DNA of 64,000 bases, taken from the IMG/VR virus record IMGVR_UViG_3300035670_000018, positions 32,001-96,000 of that record, one strand, 5' to 3'. A program made the translations under genes and the position numbers. Each line of letters begins with the position of its first letter. Within the stretch, counting starts at the first letter, position 1. This DNA comes from a virus. This document shows, piece by piece, positions 29,242-37,889 of this stretch. The notes under the pieces are model-generated. The model had not been told where the DNA came from. It ran no database searches and saw only the letters and a list, made by a program, of their open reading frames with translations.

Positions 29242-30588
29242 ATGGGTAAGTCATTAACAGAAGTAGCCAAGTCAATTCTCATGAATGAGAATGCTAACAT
29301 GGCCACACTAAAGCCAGGTGGTGGTGCAAAGGATGGTGTTGAACCATCTCCAATGAGCAATCAAGCTACGTTAGTAGGTGATGCACCGAAGAAGCCAGGC
29401 GAAGGCGACAACGTTGGCGCTAAGGCTGCTACAATGAAGCAGGATACATCTCAAGCTTCTCCATCTCGTAAGGGCGTAGTTCCAGCTATGCCTCCTCAGA
29501 AGGAAGTAATGGAAGAAGATGTAGAGATTGAAGAAGAAAATATTGAAGAAGCTATGGGCGATAGCAATGTTCGTGCTGGTATAAAAACAGTTCAAGGTAA
29601 TGCAGCACCAAAGTCACATCCTCTTACACCAGCAATAGGTGAGAAATCAAAGATGGGTTCTTCAAGCACTCAGTCAATGAAGGAAGAAGAAGAACTGGAA
29701 GAAGAAATTGAACTTTCTGAAGAACTAGAGGCTTTCATTGATCAGTGTCTAGAGGAAGGTCTATCAGAAGAAGAAATCGTAGCAGCTATCGATGAAAACT
29801 TTGAACTAATTTCTGAAGAAGAACTAGAAGAAGAAAAAGTTGAGTATGACTACGAAGTAGACATGAACGAACACGTAGAGGCTCTATTTGCTGGTGAAGA
29901 CCTATCAGAGGAATTCAAGCAGAAAGCTGTAACAATTTTTGAAGCTGCTGTTGTAGCAAAGATGCAGTCAGAAATTGCTCGTCTAGAAGAAGCATATGCT
30001 GCTACTCTAGAGGAAGAAGTAGAAACACTTAAGGAAGAATTGTCATCTAACGTTGATGACTATCTAAACTATGTGGTTGAACAGTGGGTATCTGATAATG
30101 AAGTTGCTATTGAAGCAGGACTTCGCACAGAATTGACCGAAGACTTCATCTCAGGTCTTCGTCAGCTATTTGCTGAAAACTACATTGATATTCCAGAAGA
30201 CAAGATTTCAGTCGTTGAAGAATTTGGATCTAAGATTGAAGAACTTGAAGCTAAGTTAAACGAAGAAATCGCACGTAATGTTGAACTTACAAGCATTCTT
30301 TCAGAAAGCAAAAAGACAGAAGTTCTTCATGCTATGACAGAAGGTTTAACAGCAACTCAGGCCGAAAAGCTTAAGCAGCTTGCAGAAGGCGTAGAGTTTG
30401 TTGATGTTGATACCTTTGCTACAAAGGTTCAGACATTACGCGAAAATTATTTCCCTTCTTCAGTAAACGCTCAGACTGAATTGGACAAGATTGAACCTGG
30501 CACAGAAGGCCAGACAATGATTTCGGAAGAGAATAACCCAATGAGCAAGTATGTTCGTGTACTTGGCAAGACTCTTCCAAAGAAGTAA
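29242..30588 (+). CDS. gp22: Prohead core scaffold gp22
   Basis: Glu-rich; LSEEFKQKAVTIFEAAV, VDDYLNYVVEQW, LRENYF. Confidence 0.93.
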   Translation: MGKSLTEVAKSILMNENANMATLKPGGGAKDGVEPSPMSNQATLVGDAPKKPGEGDNVGAKAATMKQDTSQASPSRKGVVPAMPPQKEVMEEDVEIEEENIEEAMGDSNVRAGIKTVQGNAAPKSHPLTPAIGEKSKMGSSSTQSMKEEEELEEEIELSEELEAFIDQCLEEGLSEEEIVAAIDENFELISEEELEEEKVEYDYEVDMNEHVEALFAGEDLSEEFKQKAVTIFEAAVVAKMQSEIARLEEAYAATLEEEVETLKEELSSNVDDYLNYVVEQWVSDNEVAIEAGLRTELTEDFISGLRQLFAENYIDIPEDKISVVEEFGSKIEELEAKLNEEIARNVELTSILSESKKTEVLHAMTEGLTATQAEKLKQLAEGVEFVDVDTFATKVQTLRENYFPSSVNAQTELDKIEPGTEGQTMISEENNPMSKYVRVLGKTLPKK

Positions 30589-30592
30589 AAAC

Positions 30593-30600
30593 TATAAATA
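30593..30600 (+). promoter_or_regulatory. T4-type late promoter TATAAATA
   Basis: Exact consensus upstream of gp23. Confidence 0.85.
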
Positions 30601-30630
30601 ATACTAAGATATCTCAAAAGGAGAATTTAA

Positions 30631-31941
30631 ATGTATCTTACAGAACAATTAGAACAGAAGTGGTCTCCAGTACTGGACCACGAAGGTGCAGGAAAGATTA
30701 AGGACTCATATCGTCGTGCTGTTACAGCTATCATTCTTGAGAACCAAGAAAAGGCTATGGCAGAAGAAAGCCGTGTTCTTAACGAAGCTGCTCCAACAAA
30801 CGCAACTGGTTCTGGTATTCAGAACTATGATCCAATTCTTATCTCATTGGTTCGTCGTTCGCTACCAAAGTTGATTGCTTATGACGTTTGCGGCGTACAG
30901 CCAATGACTGGTCCAACAGGACTTATCTTTGCTATGCGTTCACGTTATGACAATCAGGCTGGTACAGAAGCATTCTTCAATGAAGCTAATACCCGCTTTA
31001 CATCTTCTAACAAAGCTGCTAACACTGTTGGTGGTTCACTACAGACAGGTACAGATCCAGTATCAAACGTACTAAACTCTGCTCTATACACAACAGCTAA
31101 CGGTATGTCTACCGCTGCTGCTGAAGCACTTGGTGATTCAGGTGCAAACCTATTCGCTGAAATGGCTTTCAGCATTGAAAAGGTAACTGTAACAGCCCGC
31201 TCACGCGCTCTAAAGGCTGAGTACACAATGGAACTTGCTCAGGATCTTAAGGCTGTTCACGGTCTAGACGCTGAGACAGAGTTGGCCAACATTCTGTCAA
31301 CAGAAATTCTTGCAGAAATCAACCGTGAAGTTATTCGTACAATCTACGAACAGGCTGTTGTTGGTGCTGCATACGGTACTACAACTGCTGGTACATTTGA
31401 CCTTGACACAGACTCAAACGGCCGTTGGTCAGTTGAAAAGTTCAAGGGTCTTGTATTCCAGATTGAACGTGAATGTAACGCAATCGCTAAGGCAACTCGT
31501 CGTGGTAAGGGTAATACCCTAATCGTTTCTTCTGACGTTGCTTCTGCTCTTGCAATGGCTGGCGTTCTAGACTACACACCTGCTCTTCAGGTTAACCTTG
31601 AAGTAGACGATACTGGCAACACCTTTGCTGGTACAATGCACGGCCGTGTAAAGGTCTACATTGATCCTTACTTCGGTGGTTCAGCATCTGGTAACGAACT
31701 AGTTCTAGTTGGTTATAAGGGTACTTCTCCTTATGACGCTGGTCTATTCTACTGCCCATACGTTCCTCTACAGATGGTTCGTGCTATTGGTCAGGATACA
31801 TTCCAGCCAAAGATCGGCTTCAAGACACGTTACGGCATGGTAGCAAACCCATTCGCACAGGGTACAGATGCTGGTCTTGGTGTTCTTACACCACGTACCA
31901 ACAACTACTACAGAATATTCCGTGTCCGCAACCTCATGTGA
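30631..31941 (+). CDS. gp23: Major capsid protein gp23
   Basis: KWSPVLDH, GVQPMTGPTGLIFAMRS, SRALKAEYTMELAQDLKAVHGLDAE, FQPKIGFKTRYG. Confidence 0.99.
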   Translation: MYLTEQLEQKWSPVLDHEGAGKIKDSYRRAVTAIILENQEKAMAEESRVLNEAAPTNATGSGIQNYDPILISLVRRSLPKLIAYDVCGVQPMTGPTGLIFAMRSRYDNQAGTEAFFNEANTRFTSSNKAANTVGGSLQTGTDPVSNVLNSALYTTANGMSTAAAEALGDSGANLFAEMAFSIEKVTVTARSRALKAEYTMELAQDLKAVHGLDAETELANILSTEILAEINREVIRTIYEQAVVGAAYGTTTAGTFDLDTDSNGRWSVEKFKGLVFQIERECNAIAKATRRGKGNTLIVSSDVASALAMAGVLDYTPALQVNLEVDDTGNTFAGTMHGRVKVYIDPYFGGSASGNELVLVGYKGTSPYDAGLFYCPYVPLQMVRAIGQDTFQPKIGFKTRYGMVANPFAQGTDAGLGVLTPRTNNYYRIFRVRNLM

Positions 31942-31970
31942 CATATTGTCGCACTTTGCGATATAAGTTT

Positions 31971-31996
31971 GGGGAGCTTCGGCTCCCCTTTCTTTT
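31971..31996 (+). terminator. Rho-independent terminator with cUUCGg tetraloop
   Basis: GGGGAGC-TTCG-GCTCCCC followed by TTTCTTTT after gp23. Confidence 0.9.
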
Positions 31997-32040
31997 GTTA
32001 CTAAATACATAAGATTATTAGTTATAGGAAATAAATGTGA

Positions 32041-32637
32041 ATGGGTATCATCTATCTTTGGACTAACAAAAATACCAACAAACATTATGTTGGACAAACA
32101 ATACATCCAGATCAGCGCAAACGCAATCATATACATGAAGCTTTTGTTCGTGGATCAGATTATTATTTTCATCGTTCATTACGTAAACATGGTTTAGATG
32201 CTTTTACATACATCGTACTTGAAGATAATGTTGACAGAGACAAACTCAATGATCGTGAAAACTTCTATATCAACAAATACAATACTATCTGGCCAAATGG
32301 CTACAATGAATGTGAAGCGAATAGTCTGTCTCAAGATTCCATTAGAAAAATGAGTGAGACTAAAAAACAACAGTGGCAAACAATGAGTGATGAAGACAAA
32401 ATAAAATGGAAACAAGAGCGTGAAAACTTTACTATGAAAGGTAAAACTCAAACACCTAAACAAAAGAGAGCCGCAGCAGAAGCTAATCAGAAAGAATGGT
32501 TGATTACCTATCCAAATGGCATCATAGTAAAAATAACAAATCTTCGTCAGTTTTGCATCGATGAAGGACTAGGTACAAACGGCCAGTCAAATCTTGTTAG
32601 AGGTTCTTACAAAGGATATAAGGCCATCAAAGTATAA
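32041..32637 (+). CDS. Free-standing GIY-YIG homing endonuclease
   Basis: GIIYLWTN..NK.YVGQT, F..SLRKHG...F, E..YI......PNGYN; ACTAAATA late promoter variant upstream. Confidence 0.85.
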   Translation: MGIIYLWTNKNTNKHYVGQTIHPDQRKRNHIHEAFVRGSDYYFHRSLRKHGLDAFTYIVLEDNVDRDKLNDRENFYINKYNTIWPNGYNECEANSLSQDSIRKMSETKKQQWQTMSDEDKIKWKQERENFTMKGKTQTPKQKRAAAEANQKEWLITYPNGIIVKITNLRQFCIDEGLGTNGQSNLVRGSYKGYKAIKV

Positions 32638-32640
32638 ATA
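32633..32640 (+). promoter_or_regulatory. T4-type late promoter TATAAATA
   Basis: Exact consensus upstream of gp3. Confidence 0.75.
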
Positions 32641-32656
32641 GTGTTAGAGGTAATCA

Positions 32657-33175
32657 ATGACAACAGAATCATTTCTCACAACTATACCAGACAATACTAG
32701 TTTTCTTCAGACAACTAGATACACTTTTGTTATACCTAACTTGCCTTTTGCAAGATACTTTTGTCAGAGTATCAATCTTCCTGGTGTCACATCCAACGAA
32801 GTTGAAGTTCCTACTCCATTCTCAAACACGTTCAGACATGCAACCAAAATGTCTTTTGAGCCATTCTCTATTACTTTTCTAATAGACGAAGACTTGAAAG
32901 TGTGGGAAGAAACATATAAATGGATTGTATCTCTAACTCGTCCTGAAAGCAACAAGCAATACATCAAGTATAGAGATGAAAACGCATCACCTTATCAGGA
33001 CGGTATATTGACGCTCAATACAAACGCAAACATACCAAACATGAGAATCAAGTTTAAAAACGTCCATCCTACTTCTCTCAGTGGCATACAGTTTGGCACA
33101 ATAGCATCCGCTGAAACTACTCCTACAGCAGATCTTTCTTTCAGATACGATTTACTTGAGATTGAAAGATTTTAG
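32657..33175 (+). CDS. gp3: Tail completion/tube terminator gp3
   Basis: YFCQSINLPG, F.ITFLIDEDL..W.E...W, F.NVHPTSLS. Confidence 0.85.
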   Translation: MTTESFLTTIPDNTSFLQTTRYTFVIPNLPFARYFCQSINLPGVTSNEVEVPTPFSNTFRHATKMSFEPFSITFLIDEDLKVWEETYKWIVSLTRPESNKQYIKYRDENASPYQDGILTLNTNANIPNMRIKFKNVHPTSLSGIQFGTIASAETTPTADLSFRYDLLEIERF

Positions 33176-33204
33176 TTGACAGGAACTTAATTTCCTTATA
33201 TACT
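33176..33204 (+). promoter_or_regulatory. Sigma70-type promoter upstream of uvsY
   Basis: TTGACA-17 bp-TATACT. Confidence 0.75.
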
Positions 33205-33232
33205 TACAATCATTTTTTGTAATGGAGATGTA

Positions 33233-33682
33233 ATGAAACCGCCAGTGAACATTGACACACTCATGGAAGAATGGGTCAAAGACTCAGCATGGGATGAAAC
33301 TGAACCACAAAAAGCCATGGCTAACATACCAAAGCTTCATGCGAAGTATTTGCGTATCATGACACATCACAATCTGTTAGTCAAGAAGCTTTATGCTGAG
33401 TATAACACTCGGCGCAAGATCAAGTGGGAATACTACAGCGGTGATCTGAACAATCCAGAAGACCTTGAGAAGTATGGCCTTGAACCTATGATGAAGAAGG
33501 TATTGCGCGCAGACTTGTCTCACTATCTTGATTCAGATACTGAACTAAATAACATACTGTTGAAGAAAGTGATACATGAAGAGATTGTTGAGTTCTGTAA
33601 GAATGTATTGAAGGAGTTGAACAATCGTACTTGGCAGTTGAAAGAATACATGTCATGGGAAAGATTTGTTGGTGGACAGTAA
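33233..33682 (+). CDS. uvsY: Recombination mediator UvsY
   Basis: W.KDS, IPKLHAKYL, KWEYYSG, L.ELNNRTWQLK...WERF..G. Confidence 0.9.
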   Translation: MKPPVNIDTLMEEWVKDSAWDETEPQKAMANIPKLHAKYLRIMTHHNLLVKKLYAEYNTRRKIKWEYYSGDLNNPEDLEKYGLEPMMKKVLRADLSHYLDSDTELNNILLKKVIHEEIVEFCKNVLKELNNRTWQLKEYMSWERFVGGQ

Positions 33683-34199
33683 TAGTAAAATAATAGATCC
33701 TTTATCAGAAGCCTTAGGTATTGAATGTTCTATTGAAATAGATTATTCAGATTGTGTAATCTTTGATCCTGTTACTAACAGAGAAGAAGCTATAAAGCGT
33801 AATGCTGAAATAGTTGAATGTGATAGGTGTGGAGTAAAAGGCAATAGACCTAACATGATAAGGTGGCATTTTGAAAATTGCACAACTAAACTAAAAAAAT
33901 GTAAGCAGTGTCAGAACATTATACCGAGACAAGGCATTAAGGACAGTTTGTATAAAGATAAGAAATATTGCAGTAGAAGTTGTTATATGAAAACTAAGAT
34001 TGGTAAAACACCAATCGTGATGACACAAGAAGTCAGAACAAAGATATCAAAATCTGCTCTAAGCAGGTCTGAACAATTGAGCGTTAGAATGAAAAACAAC
34101 ATTAGTCAACTGGAAAAGTTAACATGTTCCAATTGTGGTAAAACCATGAACAAAGGAAACTTTATAAAATGGAATCATGGAGAACAGTGTGAACAATAG
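33666..34199 (+). CDS. Zn-finger-rich hypothetical protein (homing-endonuclease-associated type)
   Basis: CDRC...RWHFENC, CKQC...YCSRSC, TQEVRTKISKS (NUMOD3-like), CSNC...KWNHGEQC; wedged between uvsY and uvsW. Confidence 0.6.
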   Translation: MLVDSNSKIIDPLSEALGIECSIEIDYSDCVIFDPVTNREEAIKRNAEIVECDRCGVKGNRPNMIRWHFENCTTKLKKCKQCQNIIPRQGIKDSLYKDKKYCSRSCYMKTKIGKTPIVMTQEVRTKISKSALSRSEQLSVRMKNNISQLEKLTCSNCGKTMNKGNFIKWNHGEQCEQ

Positions 34200-35664
34200 A
34201 TTGATTGTTATGAATGTTGATGAGGCTTATGTCAAGGTTATATGTGATGACGGTATCGCATATGAACTACGTGAAGCATTCAAGTTCAAAGTTCCTAACT
34301 ATCAGTTTACACCCCAGTATAAGGCAAGACTGTGGAGTGGTGATATTTTTCTTTTTGATGTGCGTAGTAGGCGGCTTTACAGGGGTTTAGTTCCCTATCT
34401 GTTTAAGTTTGCCGAAGAAAGAGATTATGATATTGATTATGAAAACGAAGACTATGATGAAGAGTTTTCGTTAGCGGAAGCAAAAGAGTTTGTAGAACTA
34501 ATAAGGCCGAAACATGCTCCAAGAGATTACCAGTTGGATGCATTCGTTCACGCTATTCGCACAAGGCGCGCTTTACTACTTAGCCCCACTGCAAGTGGTA
34601 AGTCTCTTATTATTTATTTTCTTACTCGTTTTCTGGAACACAGAGGTTTAAAACGAGGTTTGATAATCGTACCAACTGTTTCTCTTGTAGAACAGTTGAC
34701 AAGCGATTTCAAAGATTATAGTGAAACGAATGGATGGAACGTTAGCGACAAAGTACATAAGATTTATCAGGGTCAGGAAAAGTCTAGCGATAAGTTTCTG
34801 ACGATTTCAACTTGGCAGTCTATCTATCAACTGCCGAAGAAGTATTTTATTGACTACGATTTCGTGATTGGTGATGAAGCACATCTATTCAAAGCCAAAT
34901 CTCTAATAGATATTATGACGGGATTATCTAATGCAAGATATAGAATCGGAACTACTGGAACTTTGGACGGTACAAAAACCCATAGATTGGTACTTGAAGG
35001 ACTGTTTGGCTCAGTTCGTAAAGTTATCACCACCAAAGAACTCATGGATGCAAAGCACTTGGCTGAGTTCCAAATCAAGTGCTTACTACTTAGACACAGT
35101 GAGTCTATCTGTCAAGCATCAAAGAACTTTACCTATCAGCAGGAGATTGAATACCTTGTCCTTAACGATGCCAGAAATCGGTTCATCTCTAATCTGGCTG
35201 TCTCACTTGAAGGAAACACGCTCGTTCTCTTCCAGTACGTTGACAAGCACGGACGCATTCTACACAAACTCATTTCTGACAAATTGGGAGTGGACAGAAA
35301 GGTATTCTTCGTAAGTGGTAAAACAGATGTGGACATACGTGAAGAGATTCGTAAGATCGTTGAACAGGAAACGCAGGCTATTATTGTTGCTAGTTTTGGC
35401 ACTTTTAGCACTGGCATCAATATTAGAAATCTTCATAACATTATCTTTGCTAGCCCGTCTAAGTCTAGGATAAGAAACTTGCAATCCATTGGTCGTGTAT
35501 TACGTAAGAGTGAAACAAAAGATTCAGCAACTTTGTTTGATATCGCCGATGATATGAGATACAAAAAGCATGAGAACTATACATTGAAGCATTTTGCTGC
35601 CAGAATACAGATATATGGTGAAGAAAAGTTCAAGTTTAAAATATACAAAATCGAATTGAAATAG
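34177..35664 (+). CDS. uvsW: DNA helicase UvsW
   Basis: PRDYQ, SPTASGKS, GDEAH, TTGT, FSTGINI, QSIGRVLR. Confidence 0.97.
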   Translation: MENSVNNRLIVMNVDEAYVKVICDDGIAYELREAFKFKVPNYQFTPQYKARLWSGDIFLFDVRSRRLYRGLVPYLFKFAEERDYDIDYENEDYDEEFSLAEAKEFVELIRPKHAPRDYQLDAFVHAIRTRRALLLSPTASGKSLIIYFLTRFLEHRGLKRGLIIVPTVSLVEQLTSDFKDYSETNGWNVSDKVHKIYQGQEKSSDKFLTISTWQSIYQLPKKYFIDYDFVIGDEAHLFKAKSLIDIMTGLSNARYRIGTTGTLDGTKTHRLVLEGLFGSVRKVITTKELMDAKHLAEFQIKCLLLRHSESICQASKNFTYQQEIEYLVLNDARNRFISNLAVSLEGNTLVLFQYVDKHGRILHKLISDKLGVDRKVFFVSGKTDVDIREEIRKIVEQETQAIIVASFGTFSTGINIRNLHNIIFASPSKSRIRNLQSIGRVLRKSETKDSATLFDIADDMRYKKHENYTLKHFAARIQIYGEEKFKFKIYKIELK

Positions 35665-35675
35665 ACATTTGAACA

Positions 35676-35708
35676 TCCTTTGTTGTCTAAATAGTAGAAG
35701 ATAAAGGA
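35676..35708 (+). promoter_or_regulatory. Hairpin containing late promoter variant and RBS of the HNH gene
   Basis: TCCTTTGT..TCTA-aatag-TAGA..ATAAAGGA; CTAAATA lies in the apical part and AAGGA in the 3' arm. Confidence 0.6.
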
Positions 35709-35715
35709 AATAACT

Positions 35716-36261
35716 ATGGATATCATTAAACTCAAAGAAGCAAAAGACAAAGGTTTAACATACTACTATACAGGTAAACCTTGTAAACATGGTCATGATT
35801 CGGTCAGACTTGTAAAAGGTGGTTCTTGTCGTGAGTGTAAAAATTTAAAGGCAGCAATAGAACGTTCTAAACCAGAATACAAACAAAAATCTGCAAAATA
35901 TCACCATGAGAGACATAAAAAGTTATATACAACAGAAAAAAGAAGAGAGAAATATAACAAAGACATAGTTGGTGCTATGTGGTATAGAGCAAAGAAACGT
36001 GCTGAACGTCGAGGTATTGAGTTTAGCATAAAACCAAGCGATATCATCATACCTGATGTATGTCCTATTTTAGGTATTACTATAAACAAGATTATTGACG
36101 GTAAAAAAGAGACATCTCCTTCGTTAGATAGAAAAGATGCTAAAGTTGGTTACACAAAAGAAAACATCGCTGTTATATCAAATAGAGCAAATCGCATAAA
36201 AAGTGATGCTACTTTAGAAGAAATAACAAAGATTATGGAATACATGAAAGGAATACAGTGA
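35716..36261 (+). CDS. HNH-family homing endonuclease
   Basis: YYTGKPCKHGH, CREC, CPILG, PSLDR.D...GYTKENI.VIS..AN.IK. Confidence 0.8.
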   Translation: MDIIKLKEAKDKGLTYYYTGKPCKHGHDSVRLVKGGSCRECKNLKAAIERSKPEYKQKSAKYHHERHKKLYTTEKRREKYNKDIVGAMWYRAKKRAERRGIEFSIKPSDIIIPDVCPILGITINKIIDGKKETSPSLDRKDAKVGYTKENIAVISNRANRIKSDATLEEITKIMEYMKGIQ

Positions 36262-36719
36262 TGGCGAGGAAAAGTTCAAGTTCAAAATCTACAAAATCGA
36301 ACTCAAGTGATATCAGATTTATCAGACTTGTTACAGGTGAAGACATTGTTGCTGAAGTTACTGATGTTGCTAATGGCAAAATGATCATAAACAATCCATT
36401 GAAGATAGTCTATGCTCCTTCTGTACAAACAGGCTTTCTTTCAATATCACTCATGCAATGGGTATTTACTAGAATATCAAGAAACCAGACATTTAACTTG
36501 GACTTACATAACATTTTAGTTATGACGCAAGCCGACGATGCACTTGAAAAACACTACAAGGAATCTTTGGATACCTTTGATACTAAAAATTTTGAAACAG
36601 AATATAATGATTATACTGAAGAATCTGATGAGTTTGACACTCTTGAACCTGATAAAGGACTTGAAATGTTGAAGAATCTTATGGACAAGATAAAGAACAA
36701 TAAAGGAAAGTTACACTAA
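36261..36719 (+). CDS. Sm-like domain protein of T4-like phages
   Basis: IRLVTGEDIVAEV...I.NPL...LMQW; conserved position between uvsW and gp55. Confidence 0.65.
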   Translation: MARKSSSSKSTKSNSSDIRFIRLVTGEDIVAEVTDVANGKMIINNPLKIVYAPSVQTGFLSISLMQWVFTRISRNQTFNLDLHNILVMTQADDALEKHYKESLDTFDTKNFETEYNDYTEESDEFDTLEPDKGLEMLKNLMDKIKNNKGKLH

Positions 36720-36982
36720 TGGCAAAAGAAACTATAACAGAGTTAGATGAATCTAACGATTTTGGTTTTTCATTTCATGATGAAGAAGAGATTGTAACAT
36801 CTTCTGGTGTTACTAATGAAGTTGAATTACTAAAGAACAGATTGAAGACCATAAGAAAGACATATCTTCCTTTGCTTCAACATTTAGCAAAAGATCCTGA
36901 TAAGCCTATGATCAAGTGGCCTAACAGAAAAGACATACTGGATAAGCAGATCAAGAAGATGATTGAACTGACAGAAGTATAA
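36719..36982 (+). CDS. Hypothetical protein
   Basis: DFGFSF...PLL..L.KDPDK..IKWPNR motif. Confidence 0.65.
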   Translation: MAKETITELDESNDFGFSFHDEEEIVTSSGVTNEVELLKNRLKTIRKTYLPLLQHLAKDPDKPMIKWPNRKDILDKQIKKMIELTEV

Positions 36983-37054
36983 TTAAAGGTATTCATATCA
37001 TCGCTGGCATAGCTAGAATACAGCTATGTCAAGCGTTTGTCAAGAGGAAAGTGC

Positions 37055-37642
37055 ATGACCAAACAAAATAATAAAGTACACTACGTAGATAATCAAAAGT
37101 TCTATCAGGAAATCTTAGAACACAAGAGAAAGCTAAAAGAAGCGAGAGAACAAGGTAAAGAAGATCCTAGATTGTCCAACTACATAGGTGAATGTATATG
37201 GAAGATAGCAAACAAGCTGTCATGTAAGCCTTGCTTTATCAACTATTCCTACAGAGATGAGATGATTTCAGATGCCATAGAAAACTGTATACTATATTTC
37301 AATGACTATGATCCAAATAGAGGTTCCAATCCATTTGCATACTTTACTCAGGTCATATACTTTGCTTTCCTGAGACGCATCAATAAGGAAGAAAAGAACA
37401 GATACATCATCTATAAGAATTTCCAAGAGACTGTTATAAACAATGGACATGCAGGATTCCTCGTAGATGGAGATGACAATCACTTGCTTTCCGTAAATCT
37501 TTATGATAACATAAATGAGTTTATGGAAAAGTATGAGAAGAAAGAAGCTATCAAAAAGCAAAAGCGAAAAGAACAAAAGTTAGGTCTAACAAAGTTTTAT
37601 GAGGAAGAAAAAGATGAACAGCGAAGTACCGTTTCAAGTTGA
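37055..37642 (+). CDS. gp55: Late sigma factor gp55
   Basis: HYVDNQKF, YIGEC..KIA..LS..P.F.NYSYRDEMISDAIENC, NPFAYFTQ..YFAFLRRI.KE; ATG 37055 follows the gagga RBS. Confidence 0.95.
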   Translation: MTKQNNKVHYVDNQKFYQEILEHKRKLKEAREQGKEDPRLSNYIGECIWKIANKLSCKPCFINYSYRDEMISDAIENCILYFNDYDPNRGSNPFAYFTQVIYFAFLRRINKEEKNRYIIYKNFQETVINNGHAGFLVDGDDNHLLSVNLYDNINEFMEKYEKKEAIKKQKRKEQKLGLTKFYEEEKDEQRSTVSS

Positions 37643-37799
37643 ACACTTGATTAATAGTCTTCTGAACCAGAAAGAAAATATCCATATTCGTGGAAACTAT
37701 AGAAACAGACTGGAAACGATAAAAGAAGCTATTGACAAAAGCATCCGTTTATACGATAATGAGTTATATATGTCTAACAATAGAAAAAGGAAGGCATAA
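37614..37799 (+). CDS. Hypothetical protein
   Basis: VP.QV..LI..L.....HIRGNYR.RLE pattern following gp55. Confidence 0.55.
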   Translation: MNSEVPFQVEHLINSLLNQKENIHIRGNYRNRLETIKEAIDKSIRLYDNELYMSNNRKRKA

Positions 37800-37811
37800 A
37801 TCATAGGAATG

Positions 37812-37889
37812 ATAAATAGATGTGGGTCGCAGGACGGGAATCCTCACCCACTCTAACGCTATGAAGGAGCGCCAGCATGTCTATTTATA
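37812..37889. promoter_or_regulatory. Structured leader with opposed late promoters enclosing the RBS/start of ORF 37877
   Basis: ATAAATAGA (37812-20) pairs with TCTATTTAT (37880-88); internal stems GTGGGT/ACCCAC, AGGA/TCCT and CGCT/AGCG. Confidence 0.6.
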
